Numbered from the stretch's first letter, positions 32,601 to 51,348 are shown. The stretch: 64,000 nucleotides of DNA from Trichoplax adhaerens (GCF_000150275.1 NW_002060949.1:4284449-4348448); one strand, 5' to 3'. The notes: generated by a model from the letters alone, not told the origin. Program-made: numbers and translations.

Positions 32601-34214
32601 TAACGCGGCAGTACTGCGACTTGAAATTGAGCGTTGCGGCAGTTCACATAGTGAGTTATACATTTACAGTGCAAAGTACCTTACATTCTATACAGTTATA
32701 ATTCCTTCCAATTATAAGTTGTTTATTAGGAAAATTGTTTTAAGATATAATATTTCATCATGTTAGTGTATCTTGATACTATAAAAAAGAAAATATAAAT
32801 TTCTCTTAATAAAAACGCCAACTCAAAGATTGAACTTTGCATTGTAAAATGCTTCCAACTCTGATACTAAAGCCTACAGTATACAGTACAGTACAGTAAA
32901 AGGAACAGTTACGGTATCAAAGACCGTATCATGCACTTTAATAAGGACTGCCGAGCTAAGTACAGTACAGTACAGTATGCACGTAGTATACTGTACTGTA
33001 CTCTGAGTGTACAGTGTACTGTACTGTACAGTACAGTAGAGACCCTTGTATAATAAATCAGTTTTAGCACGGAGTGTACTTTGCTAGTTGTCATTTCGGC
33101 AGTCGTGTTCTGCGATTGGGCTGGCAGGGAAACGTGTATCACAATGTACGCGAAAGTCAGTTATGATAATTAGGCCACACTCATTGTGAACTCTACATGA
33201 ATGTCGATGGTATTAATTTTTTCCTAAAATAAATAATGGAAAAATTCGATGATGCATTAATTTGCGCAAAAATTAAATTTTTTGCATGCCTCATGAAGTA
33301 TCCGTGACCTCTCGTTCCAGCCGGTACAGTAGTTGCCGTTGATTTATGCTAATACCATACAATTGATTGACCAAAGGTAAGTAAATAAATGTTCAATGAC
33401 TGCGCACTATGAGAGTATGAACCTGAGTGAGCATGCATGTATCACGTTGAGTATATCATAAATCATGCGTAATCATTATATAGTACAATACAAAATCAAA
33501 ATGATAAGACATTCAATTGAATGGTCACTGTAATTTCTAGTAATTCTAATGTTAGTAATTACTCGTATTATGAATCACCGTATTTGTTGACAGCAAAAGA
33601 GGTGTTATTCTTCAAGAATAAATACACTATTTACACTGCTTCTCATCACCGGCTAGGCTAGCTAATGACAAGACTTTCGATGTGGTATTGCATTATACTG
33701 TACGTGTACTTTACATGTAATGAAATAAAATTTAAAATTAGTAAATATTCGTCAGTATGGGATCGAAAAGTTTTACAGTCAGTTCTTTTTCAAATGGAGG
33801 AGTGAAGTATTATTTGCGGTAAATAAATAAAGGAGATCAAATTATTGGGAGATCATTCCCATATTAACAGAAAAACAACGCGTAATGTAATTATACGTAC
33901 TGAATACGTTAATACGTCATCAAGACTGTGTACTGATTGAATTGCAATGGAGAGTTGATGCATGCAGACTTTGAATCATGTTTGAACTACATGTACACTG
34001 TACTCCACTGCTGCACACTGTGTACGGCGCATAGTATAGTGCAGTGGTCCGTAACCTTTTACAAGTGCATGCGTGACCTACGTCTTCAGTAGTTTATTTT
34101 GCACGATAAATAACAAATCTTCACTCGGGGTCGTTTCTTACGGTGGTGGCCCATGATCCCATGATCCCATGGGCCACCGTAGTTTCTATTTTGCTGTTGG
34201 AAATTTACACCGGT

Positions 34215-34380
34215 TGTAGTGTACAGTACAGTACTGGAGAGAAAGTTTCATACAGTACTGCACAGTACATACTCTAATACTGTATATACTGTACTGTACT
34301 GTATGGTACGGCAGTATCCAGTCGGTACTGTACAGTACAGTACATTACACTCTGATGAAAAAGAAAAATACTGTACAGTC
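34215..34380. repeat. TACAGTA/TACTGTA array upstream of KLF10/11
   Basis: Dense CAGTA/TACTG units just upstream of the CCAAT/GC-box cluster. Confidence 0.8.
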
Positions 34381-34434
34381 ATTGATTTCAATTTACTCGA
34401 CTGTTGTGAGTACAACAGGGTTTATTGTTGTCTT

Positions 34435-34672
34435 GCACGTGAAAGACCACGCACAGCCCACATGCTACAACGGCCCCTATTGGTAGACAGTTGCAACATT
34501 GATCTTTGATTGGATAGCCACCGAGCTCACGCCCCTAGCCACACCAAAGGATCTGACCAAGGTTACACTCCTTTTATGTATTATGGACAAGGTTAAAGTT
34601 AAACCGGTGCGGCACATCTATGCAAATTACCGTGCTGCTGTAAATGGAGTCAATACCGCCGTAGTATATTAA
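34435..34672 (+). promoter_or_regulatory. KLF10/11 proximal promoter: GCACGTG, two ATTGG boxes (34479, 34509), CACGCCCC and GCCACACC, TATA-like TATATTAA (34665)
   Basis: GC-elevated cluster of recognisable motifs 120-360 nt upstream of the ATG at 34794. Confidence 0.5.
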
Positions 34673-34793
34673 TGAGTGTCTACACGTACAATAACAATAA
34701 TAACAATTGCCAAAAAATTCATTCGGTCATCATTTCGCTTATCACTTCAGCACTGTCAACCATCACAAGCGAATAACAAAGTACAAATAGGTG

Positions 34794-37342
<2,549 letters not shown>

Positions 37343-38838
37343 CAATTAGATACACTAGTTAGTAGATAAATGCATTGAATCATAGTAATTGGTTTACCTG
37401 ATCGTGACTTCATTGATTTATAGTAATGTATACTTTATATGAATATTTAATCGTTTTCAACTTCGTCTGTATATTGACATACAGTTATCTATGATATGAG
37501 AGAAACTCCACATTTCCTGATAACTAACGTATCAATGACTAATATAAACTGTATTAACATTGAGTACAAACGTGCTCATTAGAAATGCATGGCATTAGTA
37601 ATGATAGCATGTGATATACTGTATATTTCTACTTTATATGCATGATAACAAATCTGAACTAAATTAACTTAAATGAATGTGATAACTTCTTAAACGTTAT
37701 GAAACACTTTTGAATTTATTTAAGAGAACTTTTCTGTACTAAGGTGCAATTTGTCACCGGTTTATCTCGGCAGGATTTTTGCACATCAGTAATGGTGAAA
37801 TTAATACTTTGTACTCCATCAAAAACCAGTGTATTAATATTTAAGTATTCAAAGAATGCAGAACAATTGCAGTAGACAGTACTTAATTTCAGCCAAGATT
37901 GTACTTAATCCTGAAGTTGTTGAAATAAAGTTATGAATGTGTAACTGCAAATCCTTTATGGTTGTGTCCGTTTTGTGTTAGTTATAATGGCGTAAACTAC
38001 AAATGATTTTCATCCTTTGAAGTATGAAATTTATAATTTATCCAGTTAGAATGATACTATTTTAGTCGTAACACGAGAAATAACAGAATAAAAGCGTCTG
38101 ACTTTGTCAGTTGGCTGTAAAATAGTAAGGATAGCTAGGATAAAGATCATCTCGTCTACGAATAACCCCGATTAGAAGACAATGGTTATAATAGTATAAA
38201 TTAAGTTATCAAGAACTAGAAATATTTAGGCTTATGGGTGCATCACAGTTTGTAAGAAAAACAGCTGAAATTATTGTTACGAAACATCGAAAGGGATAAT
38301 CAAAAGTGATATCTAAATTTATGTTCTTGGCTTGTAAATGTAAATATCCGTAAAACATAGCTTGGTCCTTTATATCAAGTAATTCGTACATTGTTAATTT
38401 ATTTTATTCTCTACTTTACGAACGAAACATAAGAAACCAAGATATTTTTACACGAACACAATACACAGGGCTGAATGAATATTATAATTTCTACACTACA
38501 GTATTTTGAATTAAGTGATTTATAGTATATACAGGATTAATTTAATTCGAAACTTAGTTATCTATCCTCTGAAAAGTTTCTTGACCAGTCTCTCAGTGCT
38601 AAATATCATCACAGTTTGTAATCGTTCTCAATCGATTACGTAATTTGATGAAGAGCACTTTAAGGGTTGGGTTATGAAATAAATACACGGTAATGTAGTC
38701 TTTAAATTATTATTAACGCATGAATATAAAACTGGATTTAATTCCTTTACCTCAAGTACACATTATAAGTAAATATAAAAGATTCTTTCTTGATAATTAT
38801 GTGATCTACAGTAGTCTAGTATTCAATCCATTTTTAAC

Positions 38839-41464
38839 TTAATTGAATAATTGGTTCTTAATCACTTGAGACATTAATCCATGGACAGCTTCCAAAGCGA
38901 TTTTTGAGCTGAAAATTAAATTCGATTAAGCTTTAATGTTAAAATGTCAATTATTTGATAGTATGTCGAAATTGACACAGTTAATAAAATTTTACCTATC
39001 CTTGGCGGTTGAATGTAGTTTCTTCGAGTCGCCCTTAAGTCCGTGCTTAGAAAATAATCCCGAGCTTGTCTATATAATGTAAGAGGTAACAAATTAACAG
39101 GTATGCATGTAAGCTACAGTTTAATGCTACAAAGCTGATCGTTATAAAGCCGATATATAGTGCATAAAGAAAACCAATATTTTACCTGTAACAGTTGTTG
39201 AGCTTGATCTAATTTTTCGGATAAATCTACAATTTGCTGAGTCGTATACTCGGCATTCTAGACAAGCACATAACCCGGTATTAAAGCAATTTACTTTTGC
39301 CTTGATTTAAGAATAGACGATGTTTAAATTTCAATCTATTATCTTACATTTAGAAGGCTAGAGGATGAAAGAGTGCTGACCCAATACTTATTCCACAATA
39401 ACTCTAATAATTTACCATCCAGTGATGATTTAAAGTATGTCACATCTAAAGAATAGTACCTATCCGAAATGAAATTTTTATGGTCTTGAAGATTATTAAG
39501 TATATTAAAAATATATTTAATAAAGGTACCTTTTGCAATGAACACCGAAATCTTCAATTTTATTTAAAGGAATTGTTTGGTATTCTGAACGCCCTTCATC
39601 TTTCGGAACGTAATCCTGATCAAATTTGATCAATTAGAAATGATATACATAACTTTTTATTTTATCTACAATATTTATGAAGTACACACAATTTTAATCT
39701 TACCTTGCTGTACGTTCTAAAAGCTCCCAGACTGACTTTTCCAGACGACATAGTACGAATAGGATCAATCTAATATCAAAACTCGTAAGATTAATATCGT
39801 AAATAGTAATACATTTATAATTTTTCTTGCAGATAATGACCCTACTATATGGTACACAAATTATAGCGTGTTGATATAAAATCAATGATTTCGTTTCGTT
39901 ACGCAGTATAAGCAATAAATTATTTTCTATATTGCATTTTAAAGTACTTACGACAATAGCTACGAAAGGATCCTGGTATGTCTGATTTAGCATTTGCGTA
40001 CTAACATCAATACCTGATAACCAACAGCCATAGCCTGGATGGCTATGATACCAACCAATGACGTTTTCTAGCCTGCCAACCTGTAACATTAGAGAAAGTT
40101 GCAGCATGTATAACCGAAATTTCATAAGGTTCAAGAAATAAAGATTTAGCGTCGCTGGTTTAAGTTACCTGTTTAGCTGCTTCTACATACGCAGTCATAT
40201 ACTCGTAAGCAGATTCTTGAGCATTTACACGCGTCTCGGTCCCCTCAACAGGCAGGGCAAAAGAATCCATGATAATCATATCTTCGTTTCGTACTTTTCC
40301 CAACATCAGTCCCATAATCTCGATATTACCGCCACTTTTAGCATGTGTTAGCTTTTGTCGTACGATCATAATTAATTATAACGGAGTAAACATACATATA
40401 AGACAAAATTATTACTTCACGTTCCAGTTACTATGTAATGCCAATAGATTAACGCCTATTCTGTTTGATATAAGCAAGGTCTTAGCAAAGATGGGTTATT
40501 ATATTGTGCAAGCAATACAGTACAGTACTTACAATCTGTAATTAAGACGAAATAGCAAGATGAATACTAGAAAAAAGACTCGTGCTAGTCCTAAGAGCTA
40601 AGCTTTTTGTTGTAGAGTATTGCTAGATAAATTTAGTTTTTTAGTGTACGTATAGTATACTGTATAATAACGTATACATTCTCAAAAATTCGTAACATTA
40701 TTCCCAAATTTTATCAGTTTAGATTAACGGACTTGCCAACATTAACTATTTTAAAACAATGTGAATACGCGTAGCAATAAGATGTTACGTACCATTTTCA
40801 GCAAGGCTAAAGCGGAGATTTTGACCTTCTTAAAGTAATCTTCTCTGTGTTGTGAACGTGAATATTAATTCGTTAGTACTATATACGCGTACAGTAGTAT
40901 ATTTAGTAAATGTCAAATTAAGGTAAAGCGATCAATTATGCATTGTGAAAATGATGAGTACTATTAGTCAACGCGTTACAAAATTTTGGGCTTAGACTAG
41001 TAGGATCATCTGATTTGCTAGTAAATGATCGCATGTAGTAGACTAATTTTTGAACTAATTACCATGCATCACATGTGATAGCTATTACATTGATTACTTT
41101 TCCGTCAAGCATAGTATGGGTAATACTAATCAGGGATTAATCAGTTGAAATTTCTAGATCTTCAAATTAACGTGGTGTATTCCTACATCACCTAAGGTTA
41201 CCGACAGTAATTTAAGCTGATTTTGACCAAAGTACGCATCAACTAACAAATGAGTAATCGATTAATAACGTATGATGTGAAAACTCACGATTGCTTCCAT
41301 GGTTTCCTTATTTGAATTTCACGTTGCTCGGTTGCATCATAATGATAGATTTCATCAATTTGAATATTATTTACTGTCTTAAATGCTTGCCATGCTTGCT
41401 GGCTAGCTTCATTTGTGGAGGTATCAATGGATTCGCTGCTGTTAGCATTGCTGCTAGATGCCAT
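38839..41464 (-). CDS. COPS5: COP9 signalosome subunit 5 (JAB1, JAMM deneddylase)
   Basis: Exons read [44 protein letters not shown], the JAMM motif [31 protein letters not shown], and the terminal [14 protein letters not shown]. Confidence 0.96.
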
Positions 41465-41504
41465 ATTGTTTACGTCCGAAAAATGACCTGGGCTAAAATA
41501 TACA

Positions 41505-41745
41505 GATAGTATACTCTAGTACTGTGGACAGTATAATCACACTCACTGTAATGATACATATATGTACTATACTGTACATACAGTACATTCACTAATTGTC
41601 CAAGTAGTACGTACGCCATAGCTAGAGGTCGAGGTTTTGGCGATCACCTATGCCCGGCTGACAGCCATAGGAGATAGCCATAGGATCTCCACTTTGCGGT
41701 ACTGTACAGTACAGTACTTTATATAGCGTACTGTACACTGTAAAC
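41505..41745. repeat. TACAGTA/TACTGTA patches upstream of COPS5
   Basis: Units start about 45 nt upstream of the ATG at 41464. Confidence 0.7.
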
Positions 41746-44160
41746 TGGACAGGACTTTAAATCAATTTTTCTTATGTAAGGTCCTTTATTCATATGAATG
41801 ATCGCAATAGTAATATTTATACTAAACCTTCATCTACCAGTACATATAATATTAAGTCATTTTAATTGCAATAAAGGAAGTCGATTTTTTATATCGAAAT
41901 TCCAAAACGAAGGTAAACAAGTTGTACTGTACACCCCCATGTTAGTTAATGTCACTATTCTTATCTACAGTATAGTATTTGGATCATATACTTTTTAGAT
42001 ATTTTGATCACAAAATACGTAGATGCACATATTTGCTTAATGTTATATCCTATTTCATATATCGCCACTGTAGAGTTTAGTGAATATGATTGTAACGTTA
42101 ATTTATGAGAACAAATGAACAAACATTGAAGTAAATTCGTTTGGTGTGAGTACAGTACTTCAGATCGAGAGAAATCGCCATTTTACAGTATTTTTCTACA
42201 GTACTATACACGATCAGGCATGATCACTAATTTTACTTTGTATTGTAGCCAATTCTATCTTTAGATTGATATTTTGGCATGGATATTACTTAAAATGTAA
42301 TTCCATTGATACATGTCAAAAATTTGGCTCAAATGCTATACGCTGGTATAAAATACTTATATTTTACGTCAGTTTTAGTTACAGTTTTCCATTTTAAATA
42401 TCTGAACAGAAAATAACCTTGGCAATGTAAATGGTCTGGTCTGGTCAAAGGTCTAACCAGGAGGTCTGACCAGACCATGAAGATCTCTACCAGGTTATGT
42501 CACGGTTATAACGCGATTAGTACGGCACAGTACTGCACTGTACTGTATGCAAGAAGTGTCTGATCATAGAAGCTCCTAGTATCGTTGACTGATTGAATGG
42601 GTGGAGTTGGGTGGCGTACAGTCATGGTTACGATCCTGCAGTAACTTAGCAACATGTGCTGCACTCTCCCCGTTACTTCACCGTACTGCATGGGGACTGT
42701 CCGTGACTGTTAGTAACTAGAGTAGATAACTAATAATATAAATAGTTATTAATTAATTAATTAATTAAAGACAGGTACGTATACCAGCGATATTTCAGGA
42801 TTTGCAAGGCTATCAACGACCAGTAGCTTTATCAAAGTACTATAAATAATATCCTACTCTTTCATAAACACTAAGTGATCTTTTGGTCAATCATAAGATA
42901 ATCAACTTAGCGACGCATTATATTGCAATTACGAATAAAAAACAAGGGACACTTTAACGTCTTTGAGTAAAACATCATATAAAGTATGTACGTAATATAT
43001 TGTATATGATGGTATCCTGATTCAAATGCACAGCAATTGACTGTATATTATAAATAAATATAATAACCGTGTATAGTATTCCGGTCCAAATGTACAGTGA
43101 TTGACCATATATTACGGATATAATGACCGTGTAGCATAGTGTGCATGTTCCCTACGGTATGTATGAATCAGTCAGTAGTCACCATACTGAACCTACGTTG
43201 AACTAAATACTCGACTAGTAAATAAAATTTACACTACAATATAGACCTGAGTACAATGGTATCTACTGTATAGAAAGATACACCTTGTATAATATATTAC
43301 GGTACTGCTACATAAAAAGAATTATTAAATATGATGATCATCTATCTGCTGCAACATAGCAGATCGTAGCATAGCCTCCGCCTATACATTAACCTTTAAG
43401 GTACTCAGTGTCAGTACCGACTGCTGTTGTGGCTTACGGTGCCAATCTATCGACGATCGCATATATTCACTAACAGGTAAAATTGAATAAATTTCTAAAA
43501 GAAGACGTCTGCATTCGTAACTTAAAAGAGCCTTAGTCAATTTAAGGTTATATTTTTTACATATCTAGATTGTCATTTCAAACCTTACCGCAATCATTTT
43601 GATTACGATCACTCGTCGTTGTTTCCCTCATTTTAGAATAGTAGTTCTTACGCATCATTTTTAAGAATTAGGATAGCTAAACTAGAACTGTTAATTTAAC
43701 CGTTTATCTTTGTTGAATGGGATTATTGATATCATGCTATAATTGTGTATATTAAAGTAATCAATACAATTTTAAAATGTTCATTCCAAGATATGATAAT
43801 CGAAACATAAAGTTTATTGCGTAGAAACTGTTAATTTGACAGTTTCTGAAACAGGGCTTCTTTAGTTCTTAATACAAAAGAAGAGTATCATATCAATGTC
43901 ATTAAGCGTGATTCTTCATTAGTGTGTATATTAACATGCGGCATACTACGCGTATAATGAAGTTGTATTTATGCTATTTATTGAAATCTTTCGCTTTTAC
44001 TTACAAAATTGTATAATCTTAGCCTCTTATGTTCTATTTCTAATCAGTTGTATTCATTACAGTAGTAGACAACTTCATAGTGGAGGATCATAAAGTCTCT
44101 AAAGCGATTCTTAAGTAAGGATACATCTTCGCACTTAGATCAATATAAGCTAAGAAAAAA

Positions 44161-46619
<2,459 letters not shown>

Positions 46620-47579
46620 AAGTAAATCTGCATTGTAGTGTATTTTTATTTGCGAATGAAGCTGTAAGTCTTAATGCACGTGGAAATTGTTGATCAGTGA
46701 TTGATCTAGTATTTGTCTTAAATTATATTGTCATGGTGGCGGTTTACTTTAATTATGTAAAATATATACTGTACTTGTTTCGAGCACACGCAGAGGCGAT
46801 ACACCAATGCGATGAGATCTACTGCGTCGTTTCGCAGCTTTTCAATGTACCAATATTTAAGTACAACGACGATTTGCCTTATCGTGGTTCGTATCATATC
46901 TCATTTTACCAGCCTACTAAGCTAACAATTATTATTATTAATAATAATAAGTTGACTAGTCTCTTAAGTTTCTGCAATACAGTTAGTTTGAACGGCATAG
47001 ATAAGGATATAAAATGGATGCATTTAGATATGTAAATCAATTATAATCAGTTTTAAAAAGTAAAGGTAATTGCTGTAATGCAGAGTAAATGGGGCCTAAT
47101 ATGATTGTTATATTAACAAATATTTTAACTTCCTTGATGATGATAATAACCACTTAATGATCAACTAAAATTTTATTACAACTTTTTAGATTACAGACTT
47201 AGAATTCTATTACCATGTAAAACACTGCTCAGTTTGCTTGCTGTGGTCACTACGTTACTAACGTTGAAAACAATAAAAATGTTGTATAAAATATTGCACT
47301 CTTATACAAGCCTTATTAGTGAATACAGTATGCGTGAAGTCGAACTCATATCAATCGCTATCATCATCTCCCTATTGGATTGATTTATCTTTCGTTGACT
47401 GTATTTTTAGTGTTGTGAGGCACAATTTTATTAGTATTTGTAGTACTGTACGTTGGTAGCATGAAGTATTTACTTTTGGATGAGACAGTAGCTGCAGTGC
47501 TAAAAGATTGCATGCATACTGCTGCAGTATTAATAGTATCTGCGTTCGGTTTTTACCGTTCACACCGGTTTCCACCACG

Positions 47580-48330
47580 TACACTTGTACAGTACTTTAC
47601 AGTGTATTGTACAGTGTATAGTACTGTAATAGTGTACAGTACAGTACAACAAAACCATGGGTCAGTCTAGACCTGAGTGGTTTGGTCCGGTTCAATACCT
47701 TTATGGTCTACCGTCAGCCCTCTAGGTCCTGCACTGTATAATGAGACAAAGAAGTAAGTTTAAACCACAGGAGAATCGTCCACTGGAACACGAAAAAGGA
47801 TCCATCTCTACAGTATTTTAATGTAGTGCACAGTACAGCAGAGAGGGCGTAGCACTGGTATAGTGCATGGTGTAGCGCTGTGCACTCATGCCAATGATTG
47901 GAATCGCTCGAAAGAAAGAACAAATTTCTTGATTTGCCTGGATCATTGCATGGATTACTGCAAGTGATTCTTGTAAAGAAAGCAGGGCCTGTTGTAAACT
48001 ACCAGTACAGTATAATTGTACAGTGTACAGTACAAGATACCAAGTATGGTATCACAAGCGAGGGTTCGATAAGAAAAAAAATTGTGTCAGCGAGACAGTA
48101 ACCTGTCTCCTGATTGGTAACATCGCGACCTTTGCAATCTTACAGTACTGTACACTATACAGTACTGTACTGTAGCGTCCTTGATGGGTACCGTACAGTG
48201 TACAGTACTTTACTGTACTGTACGTCTGCACTGTACACTGTATACAGTAGACTCAGCGACTCAGTCATGACCTGCTGGACTAGCATAGTAGGGTGTACAG
48301 TACTGTCTATTTGCTAGTACTGTAGACAGT
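47580..48330. repeat. TACAGTA/TACTGTA arrays upstream of PEX13
   Basis: Patches at ~47580-47650, 48000-48035 and 48140-48330. Confidence 0.8.
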
Positions 48331-48542
48331 ATTGACGATGCCAGCAGGCAGGGTTATTCTATACGGATATCATTGCCTTGTGTCATCATCGTTATATCCC
48401 GCTGATCGAACTTTGGATTACACTCTACTTGTGGTCATTTTGATTTTATTCCTTCCGTTATATTACATTCTGTACTTGAAACCTTGAAGAGTAAGTGTAA
48501 TTCTATACAATTAATATTGGAGATTGATGATATAATCATATC

Positions 48543-49769
48543 ATGGCATCACCACTTAAGCCATGGGAACGCGGCTCAGACAATGTTAACGAAATTGCCA
48601 ACGATAGTAATTCACGAATTGCAACCATTGGCCCATCAGCTTCTGAACCGAACTTCGGAAGTTCTTTACAGGTCGACAGTAAACCTACAATACCTCCAAG
48701 ACCAAGATCTTATAATAATACATCATCATTATCATCAACGTACGGCTACGGAAATTCTCTTTATGGTGGCTATCGTAGCGGTTATGGCACCGGCTATGGT
48801 GGCTTAGGTGGCGGTTATGGTGGCTTGGGTGGCGGCTATGGTGGCTTGGGTGGTTATGGAGGTTACGGTATGTCCAGCAGTATGGGTGGTTATGGCAGCA
48901 GTTATGGAGGAGGATATGGTATGTACGATCGTCAAGGTTTAGAGGGCGATGGAAGTGATTTCTTAAATAGAGCAGAAGACAACAGCCGTGCCGCATTTCA
49001 AGCGATCGAATCAATTGTTCAGGCATTCGGATCTGTTACTATGATGTTAGAATCGACATTTCATGCTGTGCATAGTTCGTTTAGAGCTGTTTTAGGTGTA
49101 GCCGAAAATTTTAATCGTTTACGTGATCACTTTTCAGCTATTCTCTCCACTTTTTCCCTTATACGTGCCTTACGTTACATCTATAACAAATTGTTAGTAC
49201 TATTGCGAATTAGACGCAATAATCTAGACGAGCAAGCTTGGAATCAGGCCGAAAATTTGGGTGAAACATTAGGAAAGCCTTCACAGAATGATGGACCAAT
49301 CTCATGGCCCCTCGGCCTCTTTGCAGTAGTAGCAATTGGTGGTCCATGGCTAATTTGGAAAATTATAAAGGGATTAGAATCAAGTAATGGAAAATCACGT
49401 AAATCATGGGCTACAGGCCAAACAGATCATCTAATAGCGCGAGCTGAGCACGACTTTAAAAGTGAAAATCAACGAGAGATTTCTTTCCGTCGTGGTGATA
49501 CCTTACGTATAGCACCTAAGGATCGTCAACCTCGAATTAAGGGTTGGCTGCTGGCTACCTTGGATGGAGAAAACATTGGGATAGTCCCTTACAATTACGT
49601 AAAGATATTAGGCTTAAGAAAAGGTACCGATAGTAATACTGTTGATGCGCGAAATAAACCTGCTCAAGGATCTGATACTTCCAGTAAGCGAAAGAGCACT
49701 TCTAACGATATAAATCTTGATAGCGAATTTAATGGTATTTCTGATCCTTGGTCGGATGATATCATTTAG
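48543..49769 (+). CDS. PEX13: Peroxisomal membrane protein PEX13 (single exon, 408 aa)
   Basis: N-terminal KPWE motif, Tyr/Gly-rich region, AEDNSRAAFQAIESIVQAFGSVTMMLESTF core, a TM segment, and a C-terminal SH3 domain (ARAEHDF...EISFRRGD...GWLL...GIVPYNYVKI). Confidence 0.96.
   Translation: MASPLKPWERGSDNVNEIANDSNSRIATIGPSASEPNFGSSLQVDSKPTIPPRPRSYNNTSSLSSTYGYGNSLYGGYRSGYGTGYGGLGGGYGGLGGGYGGLGGYGGYGMSSSMGGYGSSYGGGYGMYDRQGLEGDGSDFLNRAEDNSRAAFQAIESIVQAFGSVTMMLESTFHAVHSSFRAVLGVAENFNRLRDHFSAILSTFSLIRALRYIYNKLLVLLRIRRNNLDEQAWNQAENLGETLGKPSQNDGPISWPLGLFAVVAIGGPWLIWKIIKGLESSNGKSRKSWATGQTDHLIARAEHDFKSENQREISFRRGDTLRIAPKDRQPRIKGWLLATLDGENIGIVPYNYVKILGLRKGTDSNTVDARNKPAQGSDTSSKRKSTSNDINLDSEFNGISDPWSDDII
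48792..48854 (+). repeat. 21-nt coding tandem repeat x3 (GYGGLGG) in the PEX13 YG domain
   Basis: ggctatggtggcttaggtggc / ggttatggtggcttgggtggc / ggctatggtggcttgggtggt. Confidence 0.85.
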
Positions 49770-51035
49770 CAAAAAAAGTTGCTCATGCAACAGTAACAAT
49801 GAATAATTTGTAAAGGACGCTTAAATCTACCATTAAGCAACAATATATTGATGATACAAGTATTTATATTGTACAGCGCAGCATACAGCTTACTGTATAG
49901 CCATTTTAATAATATATGATTATTCTAGGCTAATCATTAATATCGATTCTAATGTTTTGCCTATTCAATTTTATATCAAGAAACATGCTATAAATATTTT
50001 TGGTATTATCTTAACTTAATAAGGTTACCGTGTGAACTATGTAGGGTGTCATATGGTAATTCTGTCATATCTTACAAAAATCAATACACAGTACCGGTAA
50101 TGATGAACAATTTCTCATTGCAAAGCTTACTAACACTACATTGTATCATACAATATACCTATGATTTATATTAAAACGTATCATAATTTTATTAAGATTG
50201 TATGCATATTGTTGTCTATTAGCTTTATTCTGTTAATCTATGCATCATTATACCTCGGATGATGTTTCCTATGAAGCAACCCTGAAAAGCCTAACCATTC
50301 ACTAATACAGTAGTGCTCTCGGCTATTTTACATAGTAAAACTTATACCAATACTACTGCATTCGTATACTGGTTACTTATAATAATTAATTAAGCTAATA
50401 ATACTCTGTCAACTTCTCTTATACAGTCTGGTTCTATATGATGTAGTGGCGGTAAATACAAGGTAGTTTAATCACAACTACTGTGCCAGTCTTAAAAAGT
50501 AATTTAAGTAAACTATCGCAATAACAGAGATGTAACCTCGATTACACGCAAGTTTTAAATAAATGATTATACAATTTCATTACACTGATACAGTATTTAT
50601 TTGACAAATATATAGTTAATGAAAAGCTTACAGTGTTGTGGACCATTAGTGTACGGCTTGAACATTATTTTATATCTTGCTAATATACATTCGTTAGCAA
50701 GTGCATAGCTAGACTTACGAGCATATAACAACTATGTCGTGAGTACTCAACAAATAGCAATCAGTTAGCAATACGAATTCGCTAAAAATAACTATACAAG
50801 ATCAACTTGGTTGTGAGATAGCATATAATAAATTATCTACGCTGTAAAAATTCCTTTAATAATTTGAACTTAACATTATACTATTACAATTACATTATTA
50901 AACATGTACGATGATGATGACAATGGTAATTCACTCGTGAGAAATTACATTTCGAAATTTTTAACTAGATTACATCAAAATAGTGGTGTCTGACCGGATC
51001 GATCCATTACTGTAGTGCTACGTAAATGTCCATCA

Positions 51036-51314
51036 CTACTCCTGAGGATGAGTAATTTCTTGATGTTCGTTCGGATTTGGTTGATGGAATAGAGCTTGTT
51101 GTTGCTGTTGTGGCTGAATTTGATAAATTGGCTAGGTTGTAACAAATAGAGAAATTATTACCGTAATTATTCAGTTGTACCTTTCATTATTTAGCAAACA
51201 TTACCAACAAAAATTTACACTTGGAAGTCTTTATTGATTATAATATTAACCTGTGAAGTATAACTAAATTCAGCAGGTTGCTGAGCCTGAGACTGTTGTT
51301 GCGCCTGCTGCTGC

Positions 51315-51348
<34 letters not shown>

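Noticed and set aside
46697-47035. 112-aa ORF downstream of RAB23
   Set aside because: GTG start, located in the expected 3' UTR, with no recognisable features.
48484-49026. His-rich alternative-frame and antisense ORFs over PEX13; poly-N ORFs over NFYC
   Set aside because: These are shadows of the YG repeat and the poly-Q tracts.
49767-49796. PEX13 TAG-CAA possible readthrough
   Set aside because: The context is CAAAAA rather than CARYYA, and the short extension has no targeting signal.
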